DNA of 64,000 nt from the NCBI GenBank assembly GCA_025062375.1, contig JANXAG010000002.1, positions 2,101-66,100 of the forward strand, given 5' to 3'. How positions within the stretch are numbered: position 1 is the first letter of the stretch; each line of letters starts with the position of its first letter. The notes under the pieces were generated by a model. That model saw nothing but the letters and a program-made list of their open reading frames with translations. It was not told where the DNA came from and made no database searches. This DNA is from Anaerolineae bacterium. GTDB taxonomy: Bacteria; Chloroflexota; Anaerolineae; SpSt-600. The position numbers were made by a program, and so were the translations under genes. Of this stretch, positions 48,833 through 58,500 are shown piece after piece.

Positions 48833-51538
48833 ATGCATAGATTGCCTAAAACCTATGACCACAAAAAGGTGGAAGAACGAATATACAAAATGTGGGAGGA
48901 AGGTGGATTCTTCACCCCCAAAATTGACCCCGCCAAAAAGCCCTTCGTTATTTCTATGCCACCTCCTAACGTGACTGGGGAACTTCACCTGGGCCACGCT
49001 ATAACCGCCTCCATTGAAGACCTCATGATCCGATACCACCGGATGAAAGGCGACCCCACCCTGTGGGTTCCGGGAGAGGATCATGCAGGAATAGCTACTC
49101 AGAATGTGGTAGAAAGGGAATTAGCCAAAGAGGGCCTAACCCGCCACGACCTCGGAAGAGAGAAATTTGAGGAAAGGGTCTGGGAGTGGGTCCGGAAATA
49201 TCGCTCCATAATCGCCAACCAGCACCGACGCCTGGGAGCCTCCTGCGATTGGACCAGGGAACGCTTCACTCTGGACGAAGGACTGAACCGAGCTGTAAGA
49301 GAAGCTTTTGTCAGGCTTTATGAAAAAGGACTTATTTACCGGGGGGAGTATATAATAAACTGGTGCCCCCGCTGCGCCACAACCCTGGCCGATCTGGAGG
49401 TGGACCACGAGGAAGAAGAGGGGACCCTCTGGTATGTCAAATACCCCCTTGTAAACGAGCAATGGAAAGGCCCTCAGGGAGAATGGGGGACTGGGAACTG
49501 GAGCAAGGGTGCCACTGAATTCATCATTGTGGCTACCACCAGGCCCGAAACCATCCTGGGCGATACAGCTGTAGCCGTTCACCCTGATGATGAACGCTAT
49601 AAACACCTGGTAGGGCGCACCGCCATCCTGCCGGCCCTCGGACGTCCGATACCCATAATAGCCGATGAAGCTGTAGATAGAGATTTTGGTACCGGAGCAG
49701 TCAAAGTTACCCCTGCCCACGACCCCACCGATTACGAAATAGGTCGCCGCCGGGGGTTGCCTGCTGTAAACGTCATGAACGCAGATGCCACTATGAACCA
49801 GGAAGCAGGCCCTTACCAGGGGCTGGACCGTTTCGAGTGTCGCCGTCGTATACTTCAGGATCTGGAAAAAGAAGGCCTCATCTCCAAAACAGAACCGCAC
49901 CTCCACGCTCCAGGCAGATGTTACCGTTGCCAGACCCTCATAGAACCCCGGATATCAATCCAGTGGTTTGTTCGCTCCAAACCCCTCGCCGAAAAAGCTA
50001 TAGCCGTAGTCAAAGAAGGCCAGATCCGCATCATCCCTGAAAGGTTTGAGAAAGTTTACTTCGACTGGATGGAAAACATCAAAGACTGGTGCATAAGCCG
50101 ACAGCTCTGGTGGGGACACCGCATCCCCGTCTGGTACTGCGATGATTGTGGAGCAGAAATGGCCCTCCGGGAGGATCCTCAGAATTGTCCCAGATGCGGA
50201 AGCACTAAAATACGTCAGGATGAGGATGTCCTCGATACCTGGTTCAGCTCAGCCCTGTGGCCTTTTTCCACCCTGGGCTGGCCCGATGACACCGAAGACA
50301 TGCGTTATTTCTACCCCACCACTGTAATGGAAACAGGCTACGACATCCTCTTCTTCTGGGTCGCCAGGATGATCATGATGGGCCTGGAATGCACGGGCAA
50401 AATCCCCTTCAGTATCGTTTACCTCCACGGCCTTGTGCGGGATGAGAAGGGCCGTAAGATGAGCAAATCCCTCGGGAACGTCATAGACCCCGTGGATATC
50501 ATGGACCGTTACGGGACCGATGCCCTTCGCTTCACCTTACTCACTGGCTCCTCTCCCGGGAGTGACATGAAGCTTTCCCTTCAGAAAGTTGAAGGAAGCC
50601 GCAATTTTGCCAATAAACTGTGGAATGCAGCCCGCCTCGTCCTCTCTAACCTCCCCAAAAGCTGGAGACCTCAGGGGATCCCGGAAAGAGAAAAGCTCCC
50701 CCTGCCCGAACGCTGGATCCTTTCAAGGCTTCAGAACCTTATAAAAGAAGTCACTGACCTTATGGAAGCTTTCCAGTTCGGGGAAGGGGGCCGCAGACTC
50801 TACGAGTTCATATGGGGTGAATACTGCGACTGGTACCTGGAATTGATAAAGCCCAGGCTCTATGGGCTCGACCCCCAGGCCACGGATCTGGTAAGGGAAG
50901 TAGCGGTTCACGTCCTGGATAGAGTGTTGCGCCTTCTCCATCCCTACATGCCTTTCATTACCGAAGAGCTATGGAGCTACCTTCCCAATACCCATACTCC
51001 TCTCATAGTTGCCCCCTGGCCTGAATTCAATCCAAACTTTCTGGATGAAGGAGCAGAGAAGGACCTGGAACTGTTCATAGAAACAGTGCGAACCATACGA
51101 AATGCCCGGACTGAATATCGAGTTGAGCCTGGCAAGCGCATCCACGCCATAATTGCGGCAGGGGAAAAAACCTCAATTTTTAATTCCCTCAGAAAAGAGC
51201 TTGCCTTCCTGGCGCACTTGGATGAGGAAAAACTCACCATAGAAGAGGAAGTTCACTCCAGGCCACCCGGCGCAGTTGCCCTCACAGCCGGAACCATTGA
51301 AATTTACCTTCCCCTGGCTGAGATTATAGATCTGGAAGCGGAAAGGAAGCGGCTTCTCAGGGAAAAGTCTGAGGCAGAAGAGGAAGTTGCCCGGGCCGAA
51401 GCACTCTTAGCCAACAGAGAATTTCTGGAAAAAGCCCCCCAGGAAGTTGTGGAAAAACACAGAATAAGGTTAGAGGAGGCAAAAGCCAGGGCCGAAAAAA
51501 TCGCAAAGCTCCTGGAAGCTATAACCCCACAACAGTAA
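48833..51538 (+). CDS. valS: Valine--tRNA ligase
   Basis: 'PPPNVTGELHLGHA', 'DWCISRQLWWGH', 'KMSKS' and a C-terminal coiled-coil arm. Confidence 0.98.
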   Translation: MHRLPKTYDHKKVEERIYKMWEEGGFFTPKIDPAKKPFVISMPPPNVTGELHLGHAITASIEDLMIRYHRMKGDPTLWVPGEDHAGIATQNVVERELAKEGLTRHDLGREKFEERVWEWVRKYRSIIANQHRRLGASCDWTRERFTLDEGLNRAVREAFVRLYEKGLIYRGEYIINWCPRCATTLADLEVDHEEEEGTLWYVKYPLVNEQWKGPQGEWGTGNWSKGATEFIIVATTRPETILGDTAVAVHPDDERYKHLVGRTAILPALGRPIPIIADEAVDRDFGTGAVKVTPAHDPTDYEIGRRRGLPAVNVMNADATMNQEAGPYQGLDRFECRRRILQDLEKEGLISKTEPHLHAPGRCYRCQTLIEPRISIQWFVRSKPLAEKAIAVVKEGQIRIIPERFEKVYFDWMENIKDWCISRQLWWGHRIPVWYCDDCGAEMALREDPQNCPRCGSTKIRQDEDVLDTWFSSALWPFSTLGWPDDTEDMRYFYPTTVMETGYDILFFWVARMIMMGLECTGKIPFSIVYLHGLVRDEKGRKMSKSLGNVIDPVDIMDRYGTDALRFTLLTGSSPGSDMKLSLQKVEGSRNFANKLWNAARLVLSNLPKSWRPQGIPEREKLPLPERWILSRLQNLIKEVTDLMEAFQFGEGGRRLYEFIWGEYCDWYLELIKPRLYGLDPQATDLVREVAVHVLDRVLRLLHPYMPFITEELWSYLPNTHTPLIVAPWPEFNPNFLDEGAEKDLELFIETVRTIRNARTEYRVEPGKRIHAIIAAGEKTSIFNSLRKELAFLAHLDEEKLTIEEEVHSRPPGAVALTAGTIEIYLPLAEIIDLEAERKRLLREKSEAEEEVARAEALLANREFLEKAPQEVVEKHRIRLEEAKARAEKIAKLLEAITPQQ

Positions 51539-51551
51539 AAGGAGAGGAGCC

Positions 51552-52514
51552 ATGAACGAAGAATACCCTCTGGCTGAACTACACCGCCATCTGGATGGAA
51601 ACATACGTCTGGAGACAATACTGGACCTGGGCCGTAAACATCGTCTCCCTCTTCCAGCGTGGGACGTAGAAGGGCTTCGTCCTTACGTTCAGGTCTCAAC
51701 GCCTCAGCCCGGTCTCTTAGCTTTTTTCACCAAGTTTGAGTGGATGAAAAAGGTGCTGGTGGACTACGATGCCTGTCGCCGTGTGGCTTATGAAAACGTG
51801 GAAGATGCCTTCAGGGAAGGGATCAAATACATTGAACTGCGTTTCTCCCCTCTTTTTATGGCCGAAGAACACCATCTGGACCCCGTGGGCGTGGTAAGGG
51901 CTGTGTGCGAAGGAGTTGACCAGGGTATGAGGGATTTCCCGATTGAGGTGCGGCTCATAGGAATTCTATCCAGAACTTATGGGCCCGAACTTTGCTGGAA
52001 AGAACTTGAAGCTATCCTCAAAGGCCGCGATGAAAAACTCATAGGGGTGGACCTTGCGGGAGATGAAATCCACTTCCCGGGTAGCCTTTTCGTAGAGCAC
52101 TTCCGAAAAGTGCGAGAAGCTGGCCTTCACATTACCATTCACGCTGGAGAAGTCACAGGCCCTGAAAGCATCCGTCAGGCAGTTCTGGAACTGGGAGCCG
52201 AAAGGATTGGACACGCCACCTCCGCCGTAAAAGACCCATCCGTTATGGACCTGCTGGCAGAAAAAGGCATAGGCATTGAGGTATGCCCCACCAGCAACCT
52301 CCAAACAGGTGTGGTGAAATCCTACCGTGAACACCCATTACCCGTATTCCTGGAACGAGGCCTCTTAGCTACCCTCAACACCGATGACCCAGGAATAAGC
52401 AACATCACCTTGGAACATGAATACAAGGTAGCAAGAGAAGAGATAGGCCTGAGCGAAGAGCAAATCAGAAAGCTAAAGGAAAACGCCTGGAAGGTGGCCT
52501 TTAAACCCCGCTAA
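51552..52514 (+). CDS. add: Adenosine deaminase
   Basis: Motifs 'ELHRHLDG', 'DLAGDE', 'HAGE', 'RIGH', 'CPTSN' and 'NTDDP'. Confidence 0.93.
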   Translation: MNEEYPLAELHRHLDGNIRLETILDLGRKHRLPLPAWDVEGLRPYVQVSTPQPGLLAFFTKFEWMKKVLVDYDACRRVAYENVEDAFREGIKYIELRFSPLFMAEEHHLDPVGVVRAVCEGVDQGMRDFPIEVRLIGILSRTYGPELCWKELEAILKGRDEKLIGVDLAGDEIHFPGSLFVEHFRKVREAGLHITIHAGEVTGPESIRQAVLELGAERIGHATSAVKDPSVMDLLAEKGIGIEVCPTSNLQTGVVKSYREHPLPVFLERGLLATLNTDDPGISNITLEHEYKVAREEIGLSEEQIRKLKENAWKVAFKPR

Positions 52515-52515
52515 T

Positions 52516-52544
52516 TTGGCGGAGAAGCCCTTAAATGGTAAAAT
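52516..52544 (+). promoter_or_regulatory. Promoter of gcvH-gcvPA
   Basis: TTGGCG-17 nt-TAAAAT with extended -10 TG. Confidence 0.55.
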
Positions 52545-52579
52545 TGATGTGAAGTTAAACCCTTCTCGGGAGGTAAGCG

Positions 52580-52981
52580 ATGAAGCTTGATCCCAGAGCC
52601 CGCTATACCAAAACCCATGAATGGGTCAGATTGGATGGCCCTGAAGCCACCTGCGGGATAACCGATTACGCTCAAACCCAGCTTTCCGATGTAGTCTATG
52701 TGGAGCTCCCAGACGTAGGAGATGTCTTCTCCCAGGGCGATGCCTTTGGGGTTATCGAATCTGTAAAAGCTGCCGCCGATTGTTATATGCCCATGAGCGG
52801 ACAGATTACCGCTGTAAACGAAGCTCTCTCCACTGCCCCTGAGCTTGTCAACAAAGACCCCTACGGCGAAGGCTGGCTCATCCGTTTCCGCCCCACCAAG
52901 CCTTCCGAGTGGGATGCCCTCATGAGCCCTGAGGAATACGAGAAATTTGTAGCTGAAGAAGAAGCCAAGGGAGGTCGCTGA
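52580..52981 (+). CDS. gcvH: Glycine cleavage system H protein
   Basis: 'YTKTHEWV', 'GITDYAQ', lipoyl site 'ESVKAA', 'DPYGEGW'. Confidence 0.96.
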   Translation: MKLDPRARYTKTHEWVRLDGPEATCGITDYAQTQLSDVVYVELPDVGDVFSQGDAFGVIESVKAAADCYMPMSGQITAVNEALSTAPELVNKDPYGEGWLIRFRPTKPSEWDALMSPEEYEKFVAEEEAKGGR

Positions 52982-54324
52982 TGAATAACCCTTATATCCC
53001 TTCTACCGATAAAGATCGGGAAGAAATGCTCCGGGCTATAGGCGTGGAAAACATTGAAGAACTCTTCTCCGACATCCCCCCTCAGGTCCGATACGTGAAA
53101 TTCAACCTTCCTGAACCGCTTTCCGAGGTTGAAATCCTGCGGGAAATCCGTCAGATGGCCGAAATGAATGCTGACCTGGATCATTACACCTGCTTTTTGG
53201 GGGCTGGAGCTTACAACCACTTTATACCCAGCGTTGTCAAGCATATCCTGAGCAGGGGTGAATTCTACACCGCTTATACCCCCTACCAACCGGAAATAAG
53301 CCAGGGCACCCTTCAGAGCATATTTGAGTATCAGACCATGATTTGCCAGCTTACAGGCATGGAAGTGGCCAACGCCTCCCACTACGATGGTGCAACTTCT
53401 ATGGCCGAAGCAGCCCTTATGGCCTACAACATACACCGCCGCAAGCGCCGCAAAATCATCGTTTCCCCAGCCGTCCACCCCGAATACCGTCAGGTTCTGC
53501 GCGCCTATATCCGGGGCATGGATATGGACGTAATAGGAGATGAAGATCTGGAAGCTGACATCCATGACCTTTTGAAATTTTTGGATCAGGATACCATCTG
53601 TTTCATCATCCAGAACCCCAACTTTTTCGGCGAACTGGAACCGGTGGAAGGCCTGGCGGAGAGAATCCATGAGGTTGGCGCCATCTTTGTGGTGGTGGTT
53701 GACCCAATATCCCTCGGGCTTTTCAAGCCCCCTGGCCAGTATGGAGCCGACATAGTTGTAGGAGAGGGGCAGCCCCTGGGGAATCCTGTGGCCTTTGGTG
53801 GGCCATATCTGGGGATATTTGCCACCAAAATGGAATACGTCCACAGGATGCCGGGGCGCCTTGTGGGAGAGACAGTGGATGTCGAGGGTAAGCGAGGCTT
53901 CGTGCTGACCCTTTCCGCCAGGGAGCAACACATACGGCGCGAGAAGGCTACCTCCAACATCTGTACCAATCAAGCCCTCTGTGCTTTAGCCGCTGGTGTT
54001 TACCTGGCTACCATGGGCAAAGAGGGGCTGAGGAAAGTGGCCGAACTCTGCTACCATAAAGCCCACTATGCCGCCAGGCGTATCGGAGAGATCCCTGGCT
54101 ACCAAGTGATCAACAAAAAACCCTTCTTCAAAGAGTTCGTGGTGCGCTGTCCTATCCCTCCTGAAGAGATAAACCGTCAGCTCCTTCAGCACAAAATCAT
54201 TGGCGGGTATGATTTAGGCCGCGACTATCCACATCTTAAAAATTGCATGCTCCTGTGCGTGACCGAAATGAACACCAGGGAGGAAATTGACCGATTGGTG
54301 GATCTGCTTAAAGCAATGGCTTAA
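52981..54324 (+). CDS. gcvPA: Glycine dehydrogenase subunit 1 (P protein alpha)
   Basis: Motifs 'FLGAGAY', 'TAYTPYQPEISQG' and 'REQHIRREKATSNICTNQ'. Confidence 0.96.
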   Translation: MNNPYIPSTDKDREEMLRAIGVENIEELFSDIPPQVRYVKFNLPEPLSEVEILREIRQMAEMNADLDHYTCFLGAGAYNHFIPSVVKHILSRGEFYTAYTPYQPEISQGTLQSIFEYQTMICQLTGMEVANASHYDGATSMAEAALMAYNIHRRKRRKIIVSPAVHPEYRQVLRAYIRGMDMDVIGDEDLEADIHDLLKFLDQDTICFIIQNPNFFGELEPVEGLAERIHEVGAIFVVVVDPISLGLFKPPGQYGADIVVGEGQPLGNPVAFGGPYLGIFATKMEYVHRMPGRLVGETVDVEGKRGFVLTLSAREQHIRREKATSNICTNQALCALAAGVYLATMGKEGLRKVAELCYHKAHYAARRIGEIPGYQVINKKPFFKEFVVRCPIPPEEINRQLLQHKIIGGYDLGRDYPHLKNCMLLCVTEMNTREEIDRLVDLLKAMA

Positions 54325-54331
54325 ACTCAAC

Positions 54332-54587
54332 TGTGAGCGAGACAATCTCCTGTGGGCAGATAATCAAGGGCGAGAAAGTGTCAGAGGAGTTTGATGGTGC
54401 TCTATAGGAGCCTTAAAATCAGGAAACGATCAGCCAGCTTGCCCCCAAGTGGGACTTTTAACCGTAGCGAATCTCAGACCTACAATGGTGGGAAATAATC
54501 GGGGGTTGAAAGGAGCGAAAACCCTTTGTTCCTGGGGCTGAGAGATATATTTGCTTCGCTCTTCGCGGGCAAAGCGAAGCAATATCT
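54332..54587. repeat. Degenerate MITE/REP-like dispersed repeat, copy B, ending in a palindrome
   Basis: Collinear with 42506-42735; ends with a TTGCTTCGCT-N12-AGCGAAGCAA inverted repeat. Confidence 0.7.
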
Positions 54588-54646
54588 TGATAGCAGGATT
54601 TAAAGCACAGGCAAGCTGTTGTTAACCTAATAATCGGAGGTGGCCT

Positions 54647-55513
54647 ATGGAACACGTCAAAATAGGCATTATTGGAGGAAGCGGCCTTTACAAAATGGAA
54701 GGTTTTACTGACGTAGAAGAGGTGAAAGTTTCGACCCCCTTCGGTGACCCATCCGACGCCATAGTAATAGGGACTCTGGAGGGAAAAAGGGTCGCTTTCC
54801 TCCCAAGGCACGGCCGTGGCCATCGCATAATGCCCAGCGAAATTAATTACCGGGCCAACATCTGGGCTCTTAAATCCCTCGGCGTCGAAAGGATAATAGC
54901 CGTAAGCGCTTGTGGCTCCATGAAAGAGGAAATCGCCCCAAGGGACATCGTCATTCCAGATCAGCTCTTTGACCATACCAAAGGGAAAAGAGCTTATTCT
55001 TTCTTCGGAGATGGGATAGTAGTCCACGTATCCTTTGCTGAACCGTTCTGCCCGGAACTCTCAGAGCTCGTTTACCAAGCTGTGAAAAAGACTGGCGCAA
55101 GAGTCCACAGAGGAGGAACCTTTATCGTTATTGAGGGGCCTCGTTTTTCATCAAAAGGTGAATCCCGCATCTACCGTCAGTGGGGTGTGGATATAATCGG
55201 GATGACGGCCTCTCCAGAAGCCCAGCTGGCCCGAGAAGCCGAGATCTGCTACTCAGTAATGGCTCACGTTACCGACTACGACGTCTGGCATGAAACCGAA
55301 GAGCCTGTTACAGCTGAAATGGTGATAAGAAACTTGGAAGCCAACGTGAAAATAGCTCAAGAAGCTCTCCGTTACCTCATTTCCGCTATCCCCGAAGAGA
55401 GGACCTGCGCATGCTCGCGGGCCCTGGCTGATGCCATCGTCACCCAGAGAGATCTTATTCCCCAGGAGCTCAAAGAAAAACTTCGTTTGCTCATAGGCAA
55501 ATACATTCAATGA
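54647..55513 (+). CDS. mtnP: S-methyl-5'-thioadenosine phosphorylase
   Basis: Motifs 'IGIIGGSGLY', 'PRHGRGH', 'INYRANIWAL', 'EGPRFS' and 'VTDYD.W'. Confidence 0.93.
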   Translation: MEHVKIGIIGGSGLYKMEGFTDVEEVKVSTPFGDPSDAIVIGTLEGKRVAFLPRHGRGHRIMPSEINYRANIWALKSLGVERIIAVSACGSMKEEIAPRDIVIPDQLFDHTKGKRAYSFFGDGIVVHVSFAEPFCPELSELVYQAVKKTGARVHRGGTFIVIEGPRFSSKGESRIYRQWGVDIIGMTASPEAQLAREAEICYSVMAHVTDYDVWHETEEPVTAEMVIRNLEANVKIAQEALRYLISAIPEERTCACSRALADAIVTQRDLIPQELKEKLRLLIGKYIQ

Positions 55514-58500
55514 TTATCAAAATCCGGGACTTGTTATCCAGACCCAAAATTTTACTGGCCTTAGGGATTGTTCTGGCTCTTCTTGCGGGAGCGGGTGTAT
55601 ATTTCAACCTGCTTACATTGAAGAAGCCCGCTCTGTCCCCTTCTCAGAAGGAATGGCTTGCCCGCAAAGGCAAAATCGTAATCGCTGGGGATTATGCTTT
55701 TCCTCCGTTTGAATACGTGGAAGGGAACGAGTACAAAGGCTTCAACGTAGACCTGGTCTATTCCCTCGCTCTCAACCTGGGTGTAGAAGTTGAGATAAGG
55801 CCGATGCTCTGGGAAGAGGCGCGCAGAGCTCTGGAAGAAGGCCGGGTTGATGCCATCCAAGGGATGCGCTATACCCCCGAAAGAGCCACCATTTACAGCT
55901 TCTCCCGCCCATTCCTCCAGAGTTACTCCACTATCTTCATCCTGGCAGACCGCCAGGGTATCTCTTCCGTTAACGACCTTAAGGGCCTCAAAGTAGCAGT
56001 TCAGAAAGGCGATGTCTCATACGATTACCTGAGCACCTTGCCCGAAATCAACATCCTGGCAGTTGAAACCCAGGAGGAAGGGTTAGAACTTCTCCTGGAA
56101 GGAAAGGTAGATGCCTTCGTTGGAAACAAATGGGTCGGCCTTTTCATCCTTAAGAAAGCCGGAGCCGAGGAAAAGGTAAAAACAGTAGGGGCTCCCCTTT
56201 TCCCATCCCCTTACTGTATGGCTGTCAGGAAGGGCGAGGAAGAACTTCTCTCCATCCTTAACACTGGCCTTGAGATCCTGGAAAGCAACAGCACCCTGGC
56301 AGCTCTTTATCAGAAATGGTTTGGCACCTCTGCGGAGATTCACCCCAGAATAGCAGTTATGCCTTTGCTTATCCGCGTCTCTGGACTTGTAATTTTCCTC
56401 TTTTTAACAACCTTCTTCCTCTACATCTGGAACTTAACCCTTCGCCGGGAAGTGCGCAAAAGCGTGACGGTCGAAAAAACTCTGCGAGAACGCCTCAAAG
56501 CCCTCTACGAGCTGAGCCGTAAACTCCCCCTCCTCTCAGATGAACGGGAGATAGCCCAAGTAGTAATAACCATAGCCCGGGATGTGGTGGGAGTTTCCTC
56601 ATCCAGTCTCTGGCTTCTGGATGAAAGCCGTGGGGTTCTGGTAGAACTGAAGGAAGGTGGGGGAAGGGAGCTGAGCCTCTATTCTGAAAACATCGTCTCG
56701 CGCGTGGCCCGCACCGGCGAAATTTCCCACCTTGCTGAGGCCCAGAGCGATCCTCAATGTGCTGAAATCTATCCACAAGCCGGAAGTTGCCTCTGCATTC
56801 CTATCCATGCTGCCGGGAAAATCCTTGGCGTTCTGGTGGGGACTAAAGAGGTAAAAAGGGGATTCTCTCCCGATGAGCAGGAACTCCTGGTAGCCCTTGC
56901 CGAACAAGCCTCGGTAGCTCTGGAGAATATAAAATTACGCCGCGGCCTTGATGCTCAGCTTCAGGACCTCGCCCAGGAAGTGCTCCACAGAACCTTGATT
57001 CAGGAAATAGCCTCTTTGGCCAGCTCTTCCTTTGACATCCGGAAAATATTGAACACAGCGGCAGCCAAAATCGTGGAAACTCTGGGAGTAAGCCACTGTG
57101 CCATCATACTTTTTGATCTGGACAAAATGGAAGGGACGGTGGAAGCCGAATTCCCGATTCAGGATTCCCTGGGCCTGAAATTTGACCTCAGAACCTATCC
57201 AGCTTTGTCTTACCTTATAGAAACCCGCAAACCTCTTGTCGTCCCCGATGTGGAAGCTGAACCTCTTCTGGAGCAGATCCGCACTCTTTTGGCTATGGCC
57301 GAAATCCGTTCGCTCCTGTTTATACCTCTAATCCATCAGGAAAACATTGTCGGCTCCATAGGGATTGAAGTTAAAGGGGAAAAGAGGGAGTTCTCCGCCA
57401 CCGAAATACAACTTCTCCAGGCTGTAGCCTATCAGCTGACAATGGCCATCCAAAATGCCCGCCTCTACCATGAAATCCAAACTCGTTACCACCAGCTTGC
57501 CTCCCTTCAGGATTCCATAAGGGTGTTAAACTCTTACCTGGACCTTGATGGAATTCTCTCCCTGCTCAAGGGGTTAATCATCGGGCTTCTTGATGCGGAC
57601 CGCAGTGCAATTTTGTTGTTTGACGAGGAGAAAAAACTCCGGTGCGTGGCCAGCGATGGCCTCTCCGCTGGTTACGTATCCTTGATTGAATCCCTCCAGA
57701 TATGGCCCCCGGACCTTGAAGAAGCCCCGCCTCCTTTGATGGTAAGCGACATTTTGAAAGACCCATTCTTCATCAGCATTCGCGGAGCCACTATGGACGA
57801 AGGCATAAGTTCTGCTCTCTACCTTCCCCTTTTCCACCGGGGGAAACTGCTGGGAAGTATAGCCATCTTCTGCGATGAGCCTCGCTACTTCTCCCCAATG
57901 GAAATCTCCATCGCTCGCGCTATTGCTGATCAGGCCGCAGTAGCCATAAATAATGCAATCTTGTTCCGGGAGGTAAAGAAGGCTGGCGAAGAATGGGATG
58001 AAACCTTTAACGGAATCCGTGAAGGCATCGTTTTAGTGGATCCAGGCTTTCGCATCCTCAGGGCCAACGAAGCTTTCGGAAAATTGGCGGGGCTTCCTTG
58101 CAGAGAACTGATCGGTCGCACCGTTTACGAAGTTTTTCCATCCCTTCGCGATATCCACCCTCCTGTTACCCCTCAAAATATACCCAATGGCAGAGAAAAA
58201 CTCTGGCACCTCAAGAACCGGACCTTCCGAATAATTCACCACCCAATAATAGGCGTGACGGGTTTAGTGGAGAAAATGGTGGTAATCTTTGAAGACATAA
58301 CGGAAAAATTAGCCCTGCAGAATCGCCTCTTGCAGACCCACACTCTGGCTTCCCTGGGCAAGATGGCCTCGGCTCTGGCCCACGAACTCAACAACCCTCT
58401 GGCTGTAATCCTTGGATATGCCTCTCTTCTGCAAATGGAACCTATCCCTGAAAAAGTAAGGGAAGCATTGCAAGAGATGGAAGCTAATGCCCGAAGGGCA

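Noticed and set aside
52520-52580. Glycine riboswitch upstream of gcvH
   Set aside because: The leader is only ~30 nt, too short for an aptamer.
52861-53973. 370-aa antisense ORF over gcvPA, and other long antisense ORFs over lon, valS and the isomerase
   Set aside because: Shadow ORFs opposite well-conserved genes, without motifs.
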